From contig NW_024704743.1 in NCBI RefSeq assembly GCF_018977255.1, forward strand, positions 95,854,001-95,918,000: DNA of 64,000 nucleotides, read 5' to 3'. The DNA is from Callorhinchus milii. Its lineage: Eukaryota. The translations under genes and the position numbers were made by a program. The notes beneath the pieces were generated by a model that did no database searches, was not told where the DNA came from, and was given only the letters and a program-made list of their open reading frames with translations. This document shows, piece by piece, positions 50,653 through 63,960 of the stretch (its first letter is position 1; every line of letters begins with the position of its first letter).

Positions 50653-50776
50653 GTGATCTACATCACATGTACACATTTGTATGCTGTATTCGTGTATAAT
50701 ATTACATCATTTTACGTATCAGTAGTGAAGTGGGAGGTTGTACAATATGTAGCATCTAATTGTATTGATACAGTTC

Positions 50777-51130
50777 ATCAACAACTTGCACTTATATAGC
50801 GCCCTCCACGCCTGGCGGCGTCTCAGAGTGCTTAACAATGGCGGAGCCCGAGGCCAAGCTGGGGTGGGGGGGGGAGGTGACCCTAGGCATGGTTGAAGAG
50901 GAAGATCTTCAGGCGCGACCTGAAGATGGGGAAGGATGGGGCGAGGCAAAGGGGTTGAGGGAAGAAGTTCCAAAGTTTCGGAGCAGAGTGGCTGGAGCGG
51001 AGGATTTGAGGGATACAGAGGAGGCCGGACCCAGTAGAGTGAAGGCAGCAGGTACTGCTGTGGGGGAGAGAGGAGGTTAGAGAGATTAGGGGGTGGCAAG
51101 CAGTGGAGGGATTTTAAACACTAGAGTGAG
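50777..51130 (-). mobile_element. L2 3' fragment (second subfamily)
   Basis: L2 C-terminal similarity; tail hairpin ACGCC-GCCA-GGCGT. Confidence 0.8.
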
Positions 51131-52531
51131 GAGAATTATACATGCAGCCCTCGGTACTGTATGGCTATAGTAGAACCAGTGATCAATTGGGGTATTTCCA
51201 TATTAAGCAGAAACAATGGGAGAGAGAAAGATATGTAGACACACACACGCGCACACAAAGATCATTTACAATGTGTATAGCATGTTTCATTCAACAGAAC
51301 ATCTCAAAATGCTTGACAAACAAACACTAGGACAGGGCAATAACGAGGTTCAAAAACGTTCGACAAAAGCATAGTGAAACAGATATTTTTAGGAGGTTTT
51401 TGAAAGCAGGTAGAGAGGTGGCAAATCAAAGTAGTTTCTGCAGAACGTTCTAGAGGGCATGGGCATGGTGGAAGAAGGCTCAACAAAAGGAGTGCAGAGC
51501 GAGCAAATAGACAAATTTGGTAGGTAAGGCTTATGAGTGTAAACTCCATGCTTTCAGGTGAGATTGAAGCAGGTGGATGAGGAATTGGAGATGATAACAT
51601 CGTAAATAGGAGAAAGTAAATTGATAACTATCTTTTCAGATATGCCAAGGGAGCAGGACCCGAAGGAGCAGGGTCAGGATTGTAAAGGGCAACTGTAGGA
51701 CAAGTACCAGGGAATAGATTACACACAGCGAGTAAGCAACACCACGATAGTTGAAGTCAGATGACGGAACTCAGTCAGGAAACAGATGGATGCTTTAACG
51801 GAAAACCAGTAAGTGGGTATTCTGGAAGAAGAAATCAAATGGGCTGAGGGTCCTTCTTTATCTGAACCTCTCTTGTGATCTTGTAAAGCACTTCCAACCA
51901 AGCTGCTATTAGTTTTAGATTGTCAGTCCTGTGCCAGCCAGGGAACCACATCACTTCATTAATCTCAGCACAATTTAATTTAGAAATAGTTCAAGCACGT
52001 GAGACCCTATAATCATATTAAAGTAAATAGTAATAGGTAAAATAAATACTAATACAATTATAGGAAAGTAACTACAAACAGACAATTCTTTAAAATAATG
52101 ATTTTTGTATAATTTTTTTAAAATCTTGGGAGAATAAATTTCTTAAATGAGTTAACTTTTCAGGATGGACGTACATTGGTGCTGTATAGGGTGAGTAAGG
52201 CCCTGACCTGGACGTAAACTTCCTCACACAGTGAGTTTCCAAGCTGTTAGGGGAGAAGCTAACCAGAAACCTCAGTTGCTCTTGCGCATCTGTTACCAGT
52301 TGAAAATAAAACAAGAGTCATCAGTAAGGAGTTCCCACTGATGCCAACAGTTAAAAAGAAGCCATCAGGTCAGAGATGGTGTCTTTATATGTTGCAGAAA
52401 ATTTGGTCATGTGGGCATTACGAATGTTGAAAAATGTCTTAAAGGGATTTGACATTTTTCCCATCGATGACCTGCAGGAAGGTGGAGCACACCAGAATGA
52501 AGAATTCCCTTCAAGGCCAAGACCTACTTAC

Positions 52532-52732
52532 CCAACACCTCTCCATTGCCCCCACAGTTACAGCAGAGGAGGTCATGGGTGAGGCAGCTTGAGGTTTCAT
52601 CCAATTTGAAAAGGGTTCGGAGTTCCTCCACGGAAAAGCTGGCATGTTCACTCTTCTTTCTTAGGTCTACCACCACTCCAGACAAACCTTGCTTACTGAC
52701 CTGTCGCTGATAAATCTTTTCTTCTATGGTCC
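52532..52732 (-). CDS. RAD54B: RAD54B penultimate coding exon
   Basis: gtacag|GG ACC...TTG G|gtaagt, 201 nt; TIEEKIYQRQVSKQGLSGVVVDL...FSVEELRTLFKLDETSSCLTHDLLCCNC; not in ORF track. Confidence 0.95.
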
Positions 52733-55047
52733 CTGTACAGGTGGAATAATGAAGACAAGCAAGACACTATTATGAAACTTCTTAATTTCATTTATAAATA
52801 TAAGTCATTTTGAGGTATCGTTTTACCAAGAGGCCCAAACTGTAACGTGTCATTACAGGTTGCAAGTGGCCCATGAAGAGAGGGAGGAGGAAACTGATGG
52901 GAAAATAAAGTTATCCTAAGTACATCATATTTCTGATTAATATTCAAAAATCAGATCAAAAATCACAATCAAATACCAGATACATGATGGTGTGCTGTTT
53001 TTTCATATGAAAAGTTTGAAAGACAATCTGACTTGACAAGGAAACAGTGGGATTGAAAATCTGTTCCTCTTGAAAGCACTAGCGTTCCTGTCAGTGGCTG
53101 CCAGAAAAAGCACCTCCTCAAGTAAACTCCGTTTTCACCATGTAAATGGAATCTTGTTGTTGTTGTATGTGGAAAAAATGTGCTAAAGTTATTTAACATT
53201 TATAAAGGCTAAAACATGAGAAAAATGAAAGTACAAAACAGGACAAATAAAATGTTGACCAACACTTGCACACACACAAATATATATATGTTTGCTAATG
53301 TTTGGCATTTGATTTTTTTAAGCAAATTTGTTAGCGAATCCTACAATTTTAGTCACAAAATGGAATTTGCAATTAGCACAACTTGCAGTTTGTGAATACC
53401 TATTGTGTTTCTATTCTGTGTTAACAATTATAGGGTGTCAGTTTGACTTAGTTGGTAACTCTCTTGCCTCTGAGTTCAAGCCCCACGAGACTTTGAATTT
53501 ACAACCTAAACTGACACTGTTTGGGAATGTTGGGGAAAGGAAGTTGCATTGTTGGAAAACCCATCCTTTCAATGAGACATTTAATCAAAGTCCCATCTGC
53601 CTATTCAACAACAACTTACATTTGTATAACGCCTTTCATGTCGGGAAGACATCCCAAAGTGCTGGATATTCAGGTGAATATTAAAGATCCAACAGTTTAC
53701 AGAACATTAAATAACATTAAAGATCCACTAGTCAAGAAAGAGAAAGGAGTTTCTCTTTCTCTTGGGGTAATGGCTCACAATTTCCCAGATAAAATTGGTC
53801 ATTCACTTCATAGCTGTTTGTGGACAAATTGGCTGTCATATATGGCTATAAATAGCATCACTACACTTTGTAATTTTGCCATGAAACGCATTGAGATTTT
53901 TCAACGATGTGATAAGGAGCGATATCAAATTAAATATTTAATATATTTATGTATTAATAATACAGTATAGGGAGGTAGGGTGGGGCATTTGAGGTAAGGA
54001 CGAGGATCTTTAAGTCAATCCACAGGAGAATAAGGGCCCAACAGAGCCACAGATCCAAGGTGGTGATGAAGGTAAAGCAGATCTGGTGGAGGCGAGATCG
54101 ATTTAGGGAATGCCGGGGTTGACTGCAGGACGGGGAGGAGTGGGGGCCGAAGTGGACCCGGGTGCTGGTGCCCGAGGGTGCTGTGTTGTAGTTGAGGCTC
54201 CAGAGTGTTGTGACTCTGAGTATCTCTCTCTGTCAGTTACTGTAGTTGGAACAGGTCGGGGCGAAACCTTAGGCAAGTTTCCTTATCTACAAACACGCCT
54301 CTGTTTACCTAGCAATAAGTTGTCAGTTGATCAGCGGATCAATAGGTATACCGGGGGTAATAATCCCTTAGAGAAAAAAATTTAATCACTGAATCCACAA
54401 CTGTTTATGGGACACTTCTGTGCGCTTTTCGCTCACAAAATACAGTCGATTCACTTTACAGTATATTCTGTGATGCGCTTTGAGACGCTCAAAGGTGTGA
54501 TAAGGTACTATATCAAATGCAAGGATTATTATTATTATTATCTTCTCCATGTATAATTAAATCTCCATGCATTAATCACCGTAGAAAGGACTGTACAAGA
54601 CATGGACAGGAAAGTATCTCTCTTAGTGAATGCAAAGAATATTTTGATTAAAATGTTTTTAAAGTTTACGACTATTTAGACTCACCGGCCATGACATGAA
54701 CTATTAAAACTCATGATTTTCTCCGTCGCTGTGTTCACGCACCATCTTGTGGCTGCCTAGGGTACAGCCACTGTACTGTACGAAGAAGTCATTCTGTTTC
54801 AACTCTTAATATTTAAAAGGTTACCACGCAACCAGAACTTCTTCACAACTATAGAATATTTTTTTTTGACAATAGTATTCTCCAATCTGTGCATCTGGGA
54901 AACTAGACTCCGGATAAATGGTTTTGTAAATAGTAATATTTATAATAAATATTTCATTATGTAAATGTTTTACATAATATTTATTATATATTTAGTGGTG
55001 TATACCAGCTTGGCTCATGGTAGCCCTCTCGCCTTAGTCAGAAGGTT

Positions 55048-55507
55048 GTGCGCACCAAACTCCGTGACCCCATCTCCCCCACTCTCGCCCGACTCCATTG
55101 GCTCCCTATCCTTCAGAGGATCCAGTTCAAGATCCTGGCCCTCACATACAAAACCCTCCATGGCCTCGCCCCATCCTACTTCTGCGACCTCCTAACCCCC
55201 TACCAACCCGCCCGTTCCCTCCGCTCAGTCCGCTCTGGCCTGCTCCACGTCCCCCGACCCACCCTCCCCACCATTGGCGGGAGAGCCTTCAGCCACTCTG
55301 CCCCCAACCTCTGGAATTCCATCCCCCAATCACTCCGCATTGCCCCCTCTTTAGCCTCCTTCAAGTCCCGCCTCAAGACCCTCCTCTTCAGCCATGACAT
55401 CGGCCACCCCCCTTACCCTATCCTCGCTTACCCACCAACCCCAGCTCGGGTCTGAAATGCTGTACTCTGTCCAGTGCCTTGGGACGTCTTCCCAACGTGA
55501 AAATGTA

Positions 55508-55538
<31 letters not shown>

Positions 55539-55540
55539 TG
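55048..55540 (+). mobile_element. L2 3' fragment inserted in an old SINE head
   Basis: RDPISPTLARLHWLP...FKSRLKTLLF with (TTG)n tail; flanks rejoin to form a SINE tRNA head. Confidence 0.9.
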
Positions 55541-57482
55541 TTGTGGATTCAAGTCCCACTTCGGGACTTGGAATCACATAGTCTAAGATGACATTCCAAT
55601 GTATTGCTGGTGATGCGCTGCATTGTTGGAGGTACCGTCCTTCGGATGAGATGTTAAACCAAGGTTCTGTCTGCCTGTTTAGGTGGACGTTAAAGATCGT
55701 ATGACACTATTTGAAGACAGAAGTGAGTTTCTCCTGGTGTCCTGGCCAACAAATCCCCTAAAATACAATTGGTCACTCACTTCATGCCTTTTTTTCGGAC
55801 AATGCTTTGTGCAACAGGCTGCTGGGTTTCACCCAAAAAATACAGTCAAACCACTTTATAGTGTATCCTGTGAAGTGCTTTTAGACATCTTGACATAATA
55901 AGGCACTATATCAAATGCAATGATTATAATTATTATAATAATAATCCTTTCATTGGTGTAGCACCTTTCATGCCAAGAGGATGCTCAAAGTGCTTCACAG
56001 AATATACTGTAAAGTATAGTGACTCTGTAATTTGTAGGTGAATGTGGCAGCTAATTTAGTGAACAGCAATGTCCCACAAACAGCCAAGAAGTGAATGACA
56101 AATTCTATGCGGGAGATTGTTGGCCCAGACACTGGGAGAAACTCCCTTCTCTATGAAACAAAAAGCAAAGTTCTCTGCTGAAGGTACACCAAAATTATAC
56201 AATTTCTGTATTAAAATGCTCAAGAATCACTTTTAAAATACAGGACCCTTTTTAACTCATATCTTATTTATTTAATGTATATGGTATCTTCAGTGATATT
56301 CGTTTATGGCAAAACTTGCCATATTTTTAAAGGTGGTTTATTTACCTCTGACATGCATTCTTTACAAAAGTACAAGAGAGTAGGGGCTCCTTGTTGGATG
56401 ACATTATTTGAGAATTAGCCACAAGGTGTATTTTCAAGAGATGCAAGTCACAACGGGAACTGATTTACTTTAATGGGTAAGTAGTGTGGGACAAGTTCCG
56501 GCTGAATCCCAGCATGATCAGTGAGTATAAACTGTTCACTGTAATCACATCTCTACCTGTCAAATCTCATTTTCGTAACCAGCATCGTTCCTGTCTGAGC
56601 CTGTGTAAACAACATTAGGAACCTTTGTAAAAAGCCAAGTGCGGATTTCTGCAATAATCCACAAATCAGAAAGCATTGGGGCAGATGCACATTCTGCACC
56701 TGACAAGATAACAAACGGATTCGTGATCGGACGCTCCTCTAGTTTTTATGATTCATTCCAAACAGCAGGGGATCCAGAACGGACCATGCGGAACTCCACT
56801 TCTGTACAGAACCTTTTCCGCCTATTCATTGCGCTAAGACTGCTGACAGGCCTGTCCACTCCCTCCGCTCAGTAGGCTCCACAGTCCCTGATCCCAAACC
56901 CCAGCTCAGGTACACATCCCTGACTATCCAGCACCTTGGACCACTTCTCGACATGAAAGGCGCTATACAAATGTAATTTGTATTATTGTATGGACTCTTA
57001 CTAAGATACAAGTCCAAGGTAACAATAAGTTCAATACTTTATTTGTTGGGCATTCTTCATCTGTGAGCCCAGATAGTAAGTATTACCCTCAAACCTGCAG
57101 GATTTCACAGCCGAATGTGATGCCATCCTTACCTGGGAGCCATGCACCCTCCAGTAGGAGTTGCCGCAAATCTAAGTCCCAAATCATCAAAACGACAACT
57201 GAGACCCGATTCCTTGCTCACAGCTACCCAAGTGACAACATCGCCCCTCTTGATTCTAGCAAGCTCGGTCTGAGCCAATTTCTCCTTCTTGTGAGCGCAG
57301 ATCAAATCCTTAGATTGGGGCCCCTTCAATCCCAATCATAACAGACTGAGCTGGCATTGTGACACTCAGGTGCAACTGTCCCCCATGAATAAACCATGGA
57401 GAGTCTCAGCAAGGCAGTGGGTAAATCACTCCATTCCCTTAATGGATGAATGCATTGCCAGGAACTGCACAACCCAGGGAGT

Positions 57483-57536
57483 AACTGATAAAAATACATA
57501 CTCCACTTGATCTTAGCCAAAAGGCTGAGAAGCAAA
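57483..57536 (-). pseudogene. U2 snRNA 5' fragment (nt ~1-54)
   Basis: TTTGCTTCTCAGCCTTTTGGCTAAGATCAAGTGGAGTATGTATTTTTATCAGTT versus recalled vertebrate U2 ATCGCTTCTCGGCCTTTTGGCTAAGATCAAGTGTAGTATCTGTTCTTATCAGTT: 47/54, ungapped. Confidence 0.9.
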
Positions 57537-58130
57537 TATTGTATTGTATGCAATACAAAAATTATACAATTATGCTCTGCGCTCTTCAGATAGTAGCAGT
57601 AGCATGAGGAATCAGCCCTGTGCCCTGCATTCTCAGGCGCTGGTGCATCAACTTGTTACATGATCACACATGTAATAAATCTTTTTCTCCCTCTTTTCTA
57701 GAAAGTGCTGAGTTAGAGTGGTGCCCAGTTTCCTCGGCATAGAGCACCCTGTCTGTCACCAAGTGAATATTTTAATGTATGAGCCCAGACAGAGACTGCA
57801 GATCATTTGATGGTAGATGGCATATAGATGTTGCCAGCCAAGTCTTCAGTCAATCCTGACACTTGCAAGCAGTGGTTAATGAACCTTTACCCCAGCGGCA
57901 ATTGTAATACTCAGAAATCAGCTAACTCTGCACAAACTGAGGATCAGATAAGATGTGCGTTTAGCAACCAAGTCATCTATATTCTGTACTAGATCTTTAA
58001 AACAAAGGTACATATAGTTATTGCACTGATAAATAGGAACTATATTCCAACTCAATGCAAAATGTTTTATTTGCAGAAGTCATTCTGAAAAAAATCAATT
58101 TTGAAATGTATTCAAGCTGTTATTACAAAC

Positions 58131-58197
58131 CTGCAGTGAGCAGTCTGTAGATGTGCACAGTTCTCCTTTGACCATCTCTCCATATTCTGGCCATAGC
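58131..58197 (-). CDS. RAD54B: RAD54B coding exon (helicase motif VI)
   Basis: ctctcaag|GCT...GCA G|gtttg, 67 nt; AMARIWRDGQRRTVHIYRLLTA. Confidence 0.95.
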
Positions 58198-58880
58198 CTT
58201 GAGAGACAGAAACATTCTGTTAATATATTCAGTGGTAAATTAACAGCTGGAGACTGAGGTTAGAATGGTGCCAGAATGCTGGCACAATGGGCAGCAACGA
58301 ACAATAACTCCATACCATTTACTGGACACAGACACAGCAGCTTGTCTTTGTAAAAAGAAACATTTTTGCTGGACATTTTAGTAAGCCTTTAACTATAGAG
58401 CTTTGTGTAATTGTGCCAGCGTGTGTATGCACATGAATGTTTATGTGTATATATGGCAACCTCTTGTCTCTTGCCCAGATGAATGTACAATCCTTACAAT
58501 GGGATAAAATATGTAGTGCTCAGTAATTAAATCTGGTGTAAATTATTGATGGCATTTAAATTATTGCTGCAAATCTTCAATTGGGATAAAAATAATTAGA
58601 ACATGCTCTAGGGCTACGATTTAAAAGCAAAAATTTACCACATCAAAAAATGTCAATGAGCGAGCTGAAAGTCAGGAGCTGGCAGTCTGGGTGGGACCTG
58701 CCACCTATTGGTTAATTAGTGTTTCACACCATCTTCAGTATAAATCTTGCCACGCTTGTTTTACCAGAAATACCAGAAATTGTTACAATATCAAGCACTG
58801 TTAATTCACACTATTGTTAAATTGCTGACCACTGCAAATTTCAGGCCAGTGATTTCCTGATCTCAACTAATAAATATACA

Positions 58881-59026
58881 CAAAACACAAAATACTCCAG
58901 ATGCTGGAATCTGAAACAAAAACAGAGAGAGCTGGGAAAACTCAGCAGGTCAGGTAGCATCTATGGAGAAAGGAAAGTGAGTCAACGTTTCGGGTCCAAG
59001 ACCCTTTTCCCAGCTCTCTGTTTTTG
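58881..59026. mobile_element. Short inverted PLE pLTR insertion
   Basis: Reverse pLTR with partial hammerhead (GGGTC-TTG-GACCC-GAAACGTTGACT on minus) flanked by the inverted repeat AAAAACAGAGAG..CTGGGAAAA / TTTTCCCAGCTCTCTGTTTTT. Confidence 0.75.
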
Positions 59027-59160
59027 TAATAAATATACGTTCACCTGTGGAAATGCGCAGTCACTACACCACAGTACAATCCTCCAGCTGTTGTCTCCAA
59101 CTTAAAAGGGTCGATTGACTACTGAAGAAGATACATTCTCAGTAATACCCGTCTACAAAC

Positions 59161-59422
59161 CTGCATGTCAGTTGCTGGATTCCAGTCAATGTCGTATAGA
59201 ACCAGACGAGATGCTCCAATCAGATTTAATCCCACTCCTCCAGCCTTTGAACTCAATAGGAAGATGAAAGTTTCACTTTGCTTGCTGTTAAATAAGTCTA
59301 CAATTTGTTGTCGGTGGGCGACAGGGGTGTGTCCATCCAGTCGGGTGTAGGTATACCCAGAACACTTGCACATTTCTTGCAGGATGTCCAGTGTCTGAGT
59401 ATAATTTGAAACCAGCACAACT
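59161..59422 (-). CDS. RAD54B: RAD54B coding exon (helicase motifs IV-V)
   Basis: ctgcag|A GTT...CAG|gtttg, 262 nt; VVLVSNYTQTLD...RLDGHTP...FLLSSKAGGVGLNLIGASRLVLYDIDWNPATDMQ, SNF2 HELICc domain. Confidence 0.97.
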
Positions 59423-59547
59423 CTGCAGGGGATAAAGTTGAGAATGGAGTTGTGTGAATAAGTTTTCCTTATACAGTATAAACACACGCACATATTTGTG
59501 TTATCATTTAATTTTGATAAAGTGCAATGTTTGGAGAAAAATCCATA

Positions 59548-59760
59548 TCATAGAATCATAGAATTATACAGCACAGAAGGAGGCCATTCGGCCCATCGTG
59601 TCAGTGCCGGCTCTTTTAAAAGAGCTATCCAATTCAATCCCACTCCCCCTCTCTCTCCCCATAGCCATGCAAATTTGTCCTCCCCAAATAATTATCTACT
59701 TCGCTCTTAAAAGTTGTTATTGAATCGGCTTCCACCACCCTTTCAGGCAATGCATTCCAA
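59548..59760 (-). mobile_element. CR1 3' end
   Basis: (CATAGAAT)n tail followed by GAAGGAGGCCATTCGGCCCATC. Confidence 0.75.
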
Positions 59761-60031
59761 TGCTATATATGCTGAATATAGGGAATTTTAACGAAAGGGG
59801 CAAGACATTTATAAACACAGTAATATTATTCTCCACCTGTCAGTAGATATTAATATTGGGAAATAGCACTATTTACTGTTCGGGATCAATGTCTTGCATT
59901 CCCAGGTCAGATACAATATAACTCTAGCTTGCGCTACTCTGCCCAAATAGTGTGCCTCAGACACACAAAATCTCTGCACACAAATGATTCCATAGCAACC
60001 AACATTGAAATGTAGGCGTTTTCCTCATTAC

Positions 60032-60216
60032 CTTTCAGATGGAGTCTGATGATGAATGGCTGCCAACAGATCAGTCAGTACCCGTAGTTTCCCTGAATCC
60101 TTGGCAGTAAATGTGCCGGGTTCATAGTTCTCTGGAAAGATGCCAGCCAGATCTTTGTAATCGTTAAATTCCAAAACATCACCAAATCTGGGTTTTACAG
60201 AGTTAGTCTGCTTTCC
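60032..60216 (-). CDS. RAD54B: RAD54B coding exon (SGK motif)
   Basis: ccttag|GGA...GAA AG|gtaatg, 185 nt; GKQTNSVKP...YKDLAGIFPENYEPGTFTAKDSGKLRVLTDLLAAIHHQTPSE; upstream exons lie beyond the window. Confidence 0.92.
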
Positions 60217-62618
60217 CTAAGGAAACATTGTAGGGGGAAAAACAACAATTAGCTTTAACAGATTTTCATCCATCACACTGTCTCAATATTTCTTAGAAAA
60301 AAATTATAGACCAAATGAATCGTAAATTGCCGCTGTTTCCCTTTATCCAATTCAAGATAATATTGGATTTGAATGATTGATACAATAAACCTCTTGTAAT
60401 AAAACATTCCCTTTACACTGCAAAGTTTCAATAGTTCCAAAGGAGTCGGTCAACAACCAGCAAACGATACAGTTTGTTGTTGATGACATTCTGACATTGT
60501 TAGGTAGACCAATGTATCTTAACAAAGACAAAGAATAATTAACAACATTTTGTTCGCTTGGTGGGTTTGGGGACAGCAAGCCATTCGTTTGTGCATATTT
60601 AATGAAACGGTGGATGTTTTTGTGCCGAGACGTAATGTCTGTTTTCTTGCCCAGCAATTGACTGCTCTTTGTATCTAAATAAATACTACTATTACCACTA
60701 CTTATACAAATCCCTGCCTTTGATAATGCGCCTTGTCATGTTGCTGAAACATCGCAAAGTACATCACCAGAATTACTGTAGAGTTTAAAGGTTTACTGTG
60801 GATTTTTGTAGGTGAATGACACACCCAATTGCACAAAACAATGTCGAATAAGTGAATGAACAATTTTAAATGGAAGCCAGCACATCGGTAGAAGCTCCCT
60901 TCTCATTTTGAATAGTATCAGGGGACTTTTAATGTTCACCTGAACAGACAGACTTGGTTTAATGTCTCATCTGAACGAGGGCCCTCCAAAATTGCAGTAA
61001 TACTCCAGCACTGCACTGGAGTGTCAGCCTTGACTGGGCACAAAATCCCGTTATAATAGTAATCCTTGCATTTGATATAGCGCCTTATTATGTCGTTGAG
61101 ACATCTCAAAGCGCTTCAGAGAATATATTGTAAAGTGAAGTGGCTGTGTATTTTGTGACATGTGGCTTGAACACACAACTTTTTGACTCAGAGGCAACAC
61201 TGATTTCAACAGAGCCAGTGATTCATCTATTGCATCGCCTGGAGCTATCAGTTCAGACTCCACCATTTAAACTCACATGTTAATGCTTACACAAGTGACT
61301 AAAACCCTTACTGCATTAATTGAATTTTCTAGAACAGAAAACTATTGCACAGTAGCTAGATTTTTTTACCGTAGAAGGATTTCCACAGGCAAATGCATAA
61401 CAGAGTGTACATAAGGTGGACTGAATTCAGAATTTTGAACAGTGCTATTAAATCCTCTTTACCTTCTCTGCTCTCGTGAATATAGCCAGACTTTAAGCAG
61501 TTTATCAAAGCCATATCATCTCAGCCCGGTGACCTATCTGCTCCCTGATCAAGACTCTGATAACCTTTCTAAAAAGAAAGGTCCAAAACTCCATTCGATT
61601 CTCCAAGTTGTGATCCAACCAATGTCTCGTACAGATTGAACATCACCGCCTTTTGTTTCATTGCTATAAAACCCAGTATCCCATTTGTCCTTTGAACATC
61701 TTTTTATTTTTTTCCCCCACCTGTCAATCACTCTGCTCCCCAATCCCCTCCTCCTCCTCCTCCTCCAAAGTAGTTGACAAGCAAATCTCCATGTAATTAT
61801 GTCACTTAACTGTAGAAGAGAAAAGCAGCTCTTATACTGTATGTTTGGTAGTAATTTGCTGCCAAAAGGTACGTCCAGCATTACTTGCCTATCTGTACCT
61901 GGCCTATTCCTTTCCCTCTTCTTAAACATAGTGTGTCATTTGTCACCCTCTAACCCTATAGTATCATTCAATTTGTCAAAGCATTTTGGAAGATATCTCT
62001 GCTATTTCACTACAAACTCAGTCGTTTCTCTGAGGGGTGTGTGTGTGTGGTAAACCATTGGGGTCTTGTGGTATATGCATATTTATGCTACTATTTGTTA
62101 CTTGTTAAGTATGTATTTGTACCATTTTCTTACTCTCAGTTGTAAGATTGCTCACCTCTTCCCTTGACCATCAATTCTGATTATAATAGCTTTTGCTATT
62201 ACCCTTTATGTTGTCCATCATTATAATCTCTTTTATCCCTCCTAATCTCTCTTTTGCTTCTCTTCTGAGCCTTTTGTATTCTCCTGGTTTAACTCTGCAT
62301 TACTACCCTTAAATTTATCATATGCCTCCTTTATAGAATTTATTTTGACTTATTCTTCCCATTCATCTGTAGATTTTTAAGCCTTTGACTCAACCCTTTC
62401 ACTCCTGATTGGAATATTTTGCTCTGTAATGAACAACCCATCTCACACAGAATTATTTTTCATTGCTATATGGTCTGCTAATTTTTTCTTCTAATGTACT
62501 TTTTATGGTCTGAAAGGTTCTCTTTTTCAGTGCTAAACCTTTGTCTTTGACTTTTTTATTCTTAATACTTTGAACAGAATGTACTCCTTGTTAGTCAACA
62601 TTTTTTAAGAAGTGCAGT

Positions 62619-62955
62619 GGAGTCCTGTAGCTCAGTGATTCGACCACTGGCCTCACAAGAGAGAGACCTAGGTTTGATCCCCACAGGACAAAACGTTGGG
62701 CAAGTTTCCTTACTCCACACACCTCTGTTTATCTAGCAGTAAGTAGCAACCCGGTTGTTAATCAATTTTCAGTTTGCATTTCCGGGGTAATAATTCCTTT
62801 AAAAAAGATAATAAATTGGTCACTCAATCCACGACTGATTGTGGGACACTGCTGTGCACAATTTGCTGCCGTGTTTCGCCCACAATTCACTTTACAATAT
62901 AATCTGTGAAGCGTTTTGAAATGTCTTGAAGGATTATTATTATAATTATTATTAT
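62619..62955 (+). mobile_element. SINE, long subfamily
   Basis: Head, extra segment, core and tail. Confidence 0.85.
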
Positions 62956-63329
62956 AGTGTAATTATCTACGTCTCACTTTGTGTCCAACAAAGATCATAC
63001 TTTATTTGGAAGTATTTAACATTCTTATTTCTCCTAATCAACAGGGCCACACAGATTTCAGTTAATGTGTTGATCTCTCCACTGCTGTGTCCTTCATCTC
63101 AGTCTCATTGCTTTGAGTTAGGAAAGCCAGGAGAGGTAACACAGGCGCTTGCATCCATTCTTATTTCTGTTTCAGAGTGGCAGGGGCAGAGGCTGCATGC
63201 AGGTTGTGTGTAGTTTAAGAGACTAGGATTCATAAAAAAGGGTTCTTACATAATGTATCTACAAAAAGAAAACCACAAGCATTAATCTTATTACACTTGT
63301 AGGAATTGTATCTGGCCCACTAGATTAAA

Positions 63330-63960
63330 CCTGGGCTGAAGTGCCTCAGCTACGATGAGGGGCTGAGTAGACAGGGATTGCATTCCTTAGATAATAATCC
63401 TTCCAAAAACAAAACAATAATAAAATGGTCATCTTCAATCCACGACTGTTTGTGGGACACTGCTGTGCGCAATTGGCTGCTGCGTTTCGCCCACAAATAT
63501 ACAGTCAATTCACTTTACAGTATATTCTGTGAAGCGTTTTGGGATGTCTAGAAGACATGAAAAGCGCTATGTCAAAATGCAAGGTTTATTATTATTATTA
63601 GAGCCAAGGAGGTAAATTGGTAGTTTGATTAAGGTATTTTAAAATAATGAAAGCTATTGACAGGTTAGATAGAAGACAACATTTCCCTTTGAGGTATCCC
63701 ATTGCAAGAGGGCATAGTCTTAAAATCAGAACCAAGAGGGTTGTGATGATGTGAAATGCTCTGCCCCAGAAAGCTGTAGAGGTGGATTCAATAGGAATGT
63801 TTAAAATAGAGATAGACAGATACTTAGGTCGTTAGAGGTATTAAGAGGTATGGTGAAAGAATGGGGGATTTGGATTAAAAGATCTGCCAAGATCTGATAA
63901 ACTAATGCAACAGGTACGATAGGCTGAATGGATTCCTCCAGGTCCTGTTTTCCTATGTTC
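63330..63960 (+). mobile_element. CR1 3' fragment split by a SINE 3' half (63390-63600)
   Basis: SYDEGLSRQGLHSL, then IKVFKI-like remnants and a CCTATGTT tail. Confidence 0.7.

Noticed and set aside
57129..57335. 68-aa ORF ending near a strong minus-strand donor as an extra RAD54B exon
   Set aside because: Flanking exons already join in phase to give the conserved RLLTAGTIEEKI motif; no recognisable homology
63045..63136. Exon-like segment (plus-strand AG...GT) or upstream RAD54B/FSBP exon
   Set aside because: No similarity to the expected RAD54B LKKLCNHP exon or to FSBP; splice-like motifs alone are insufficient
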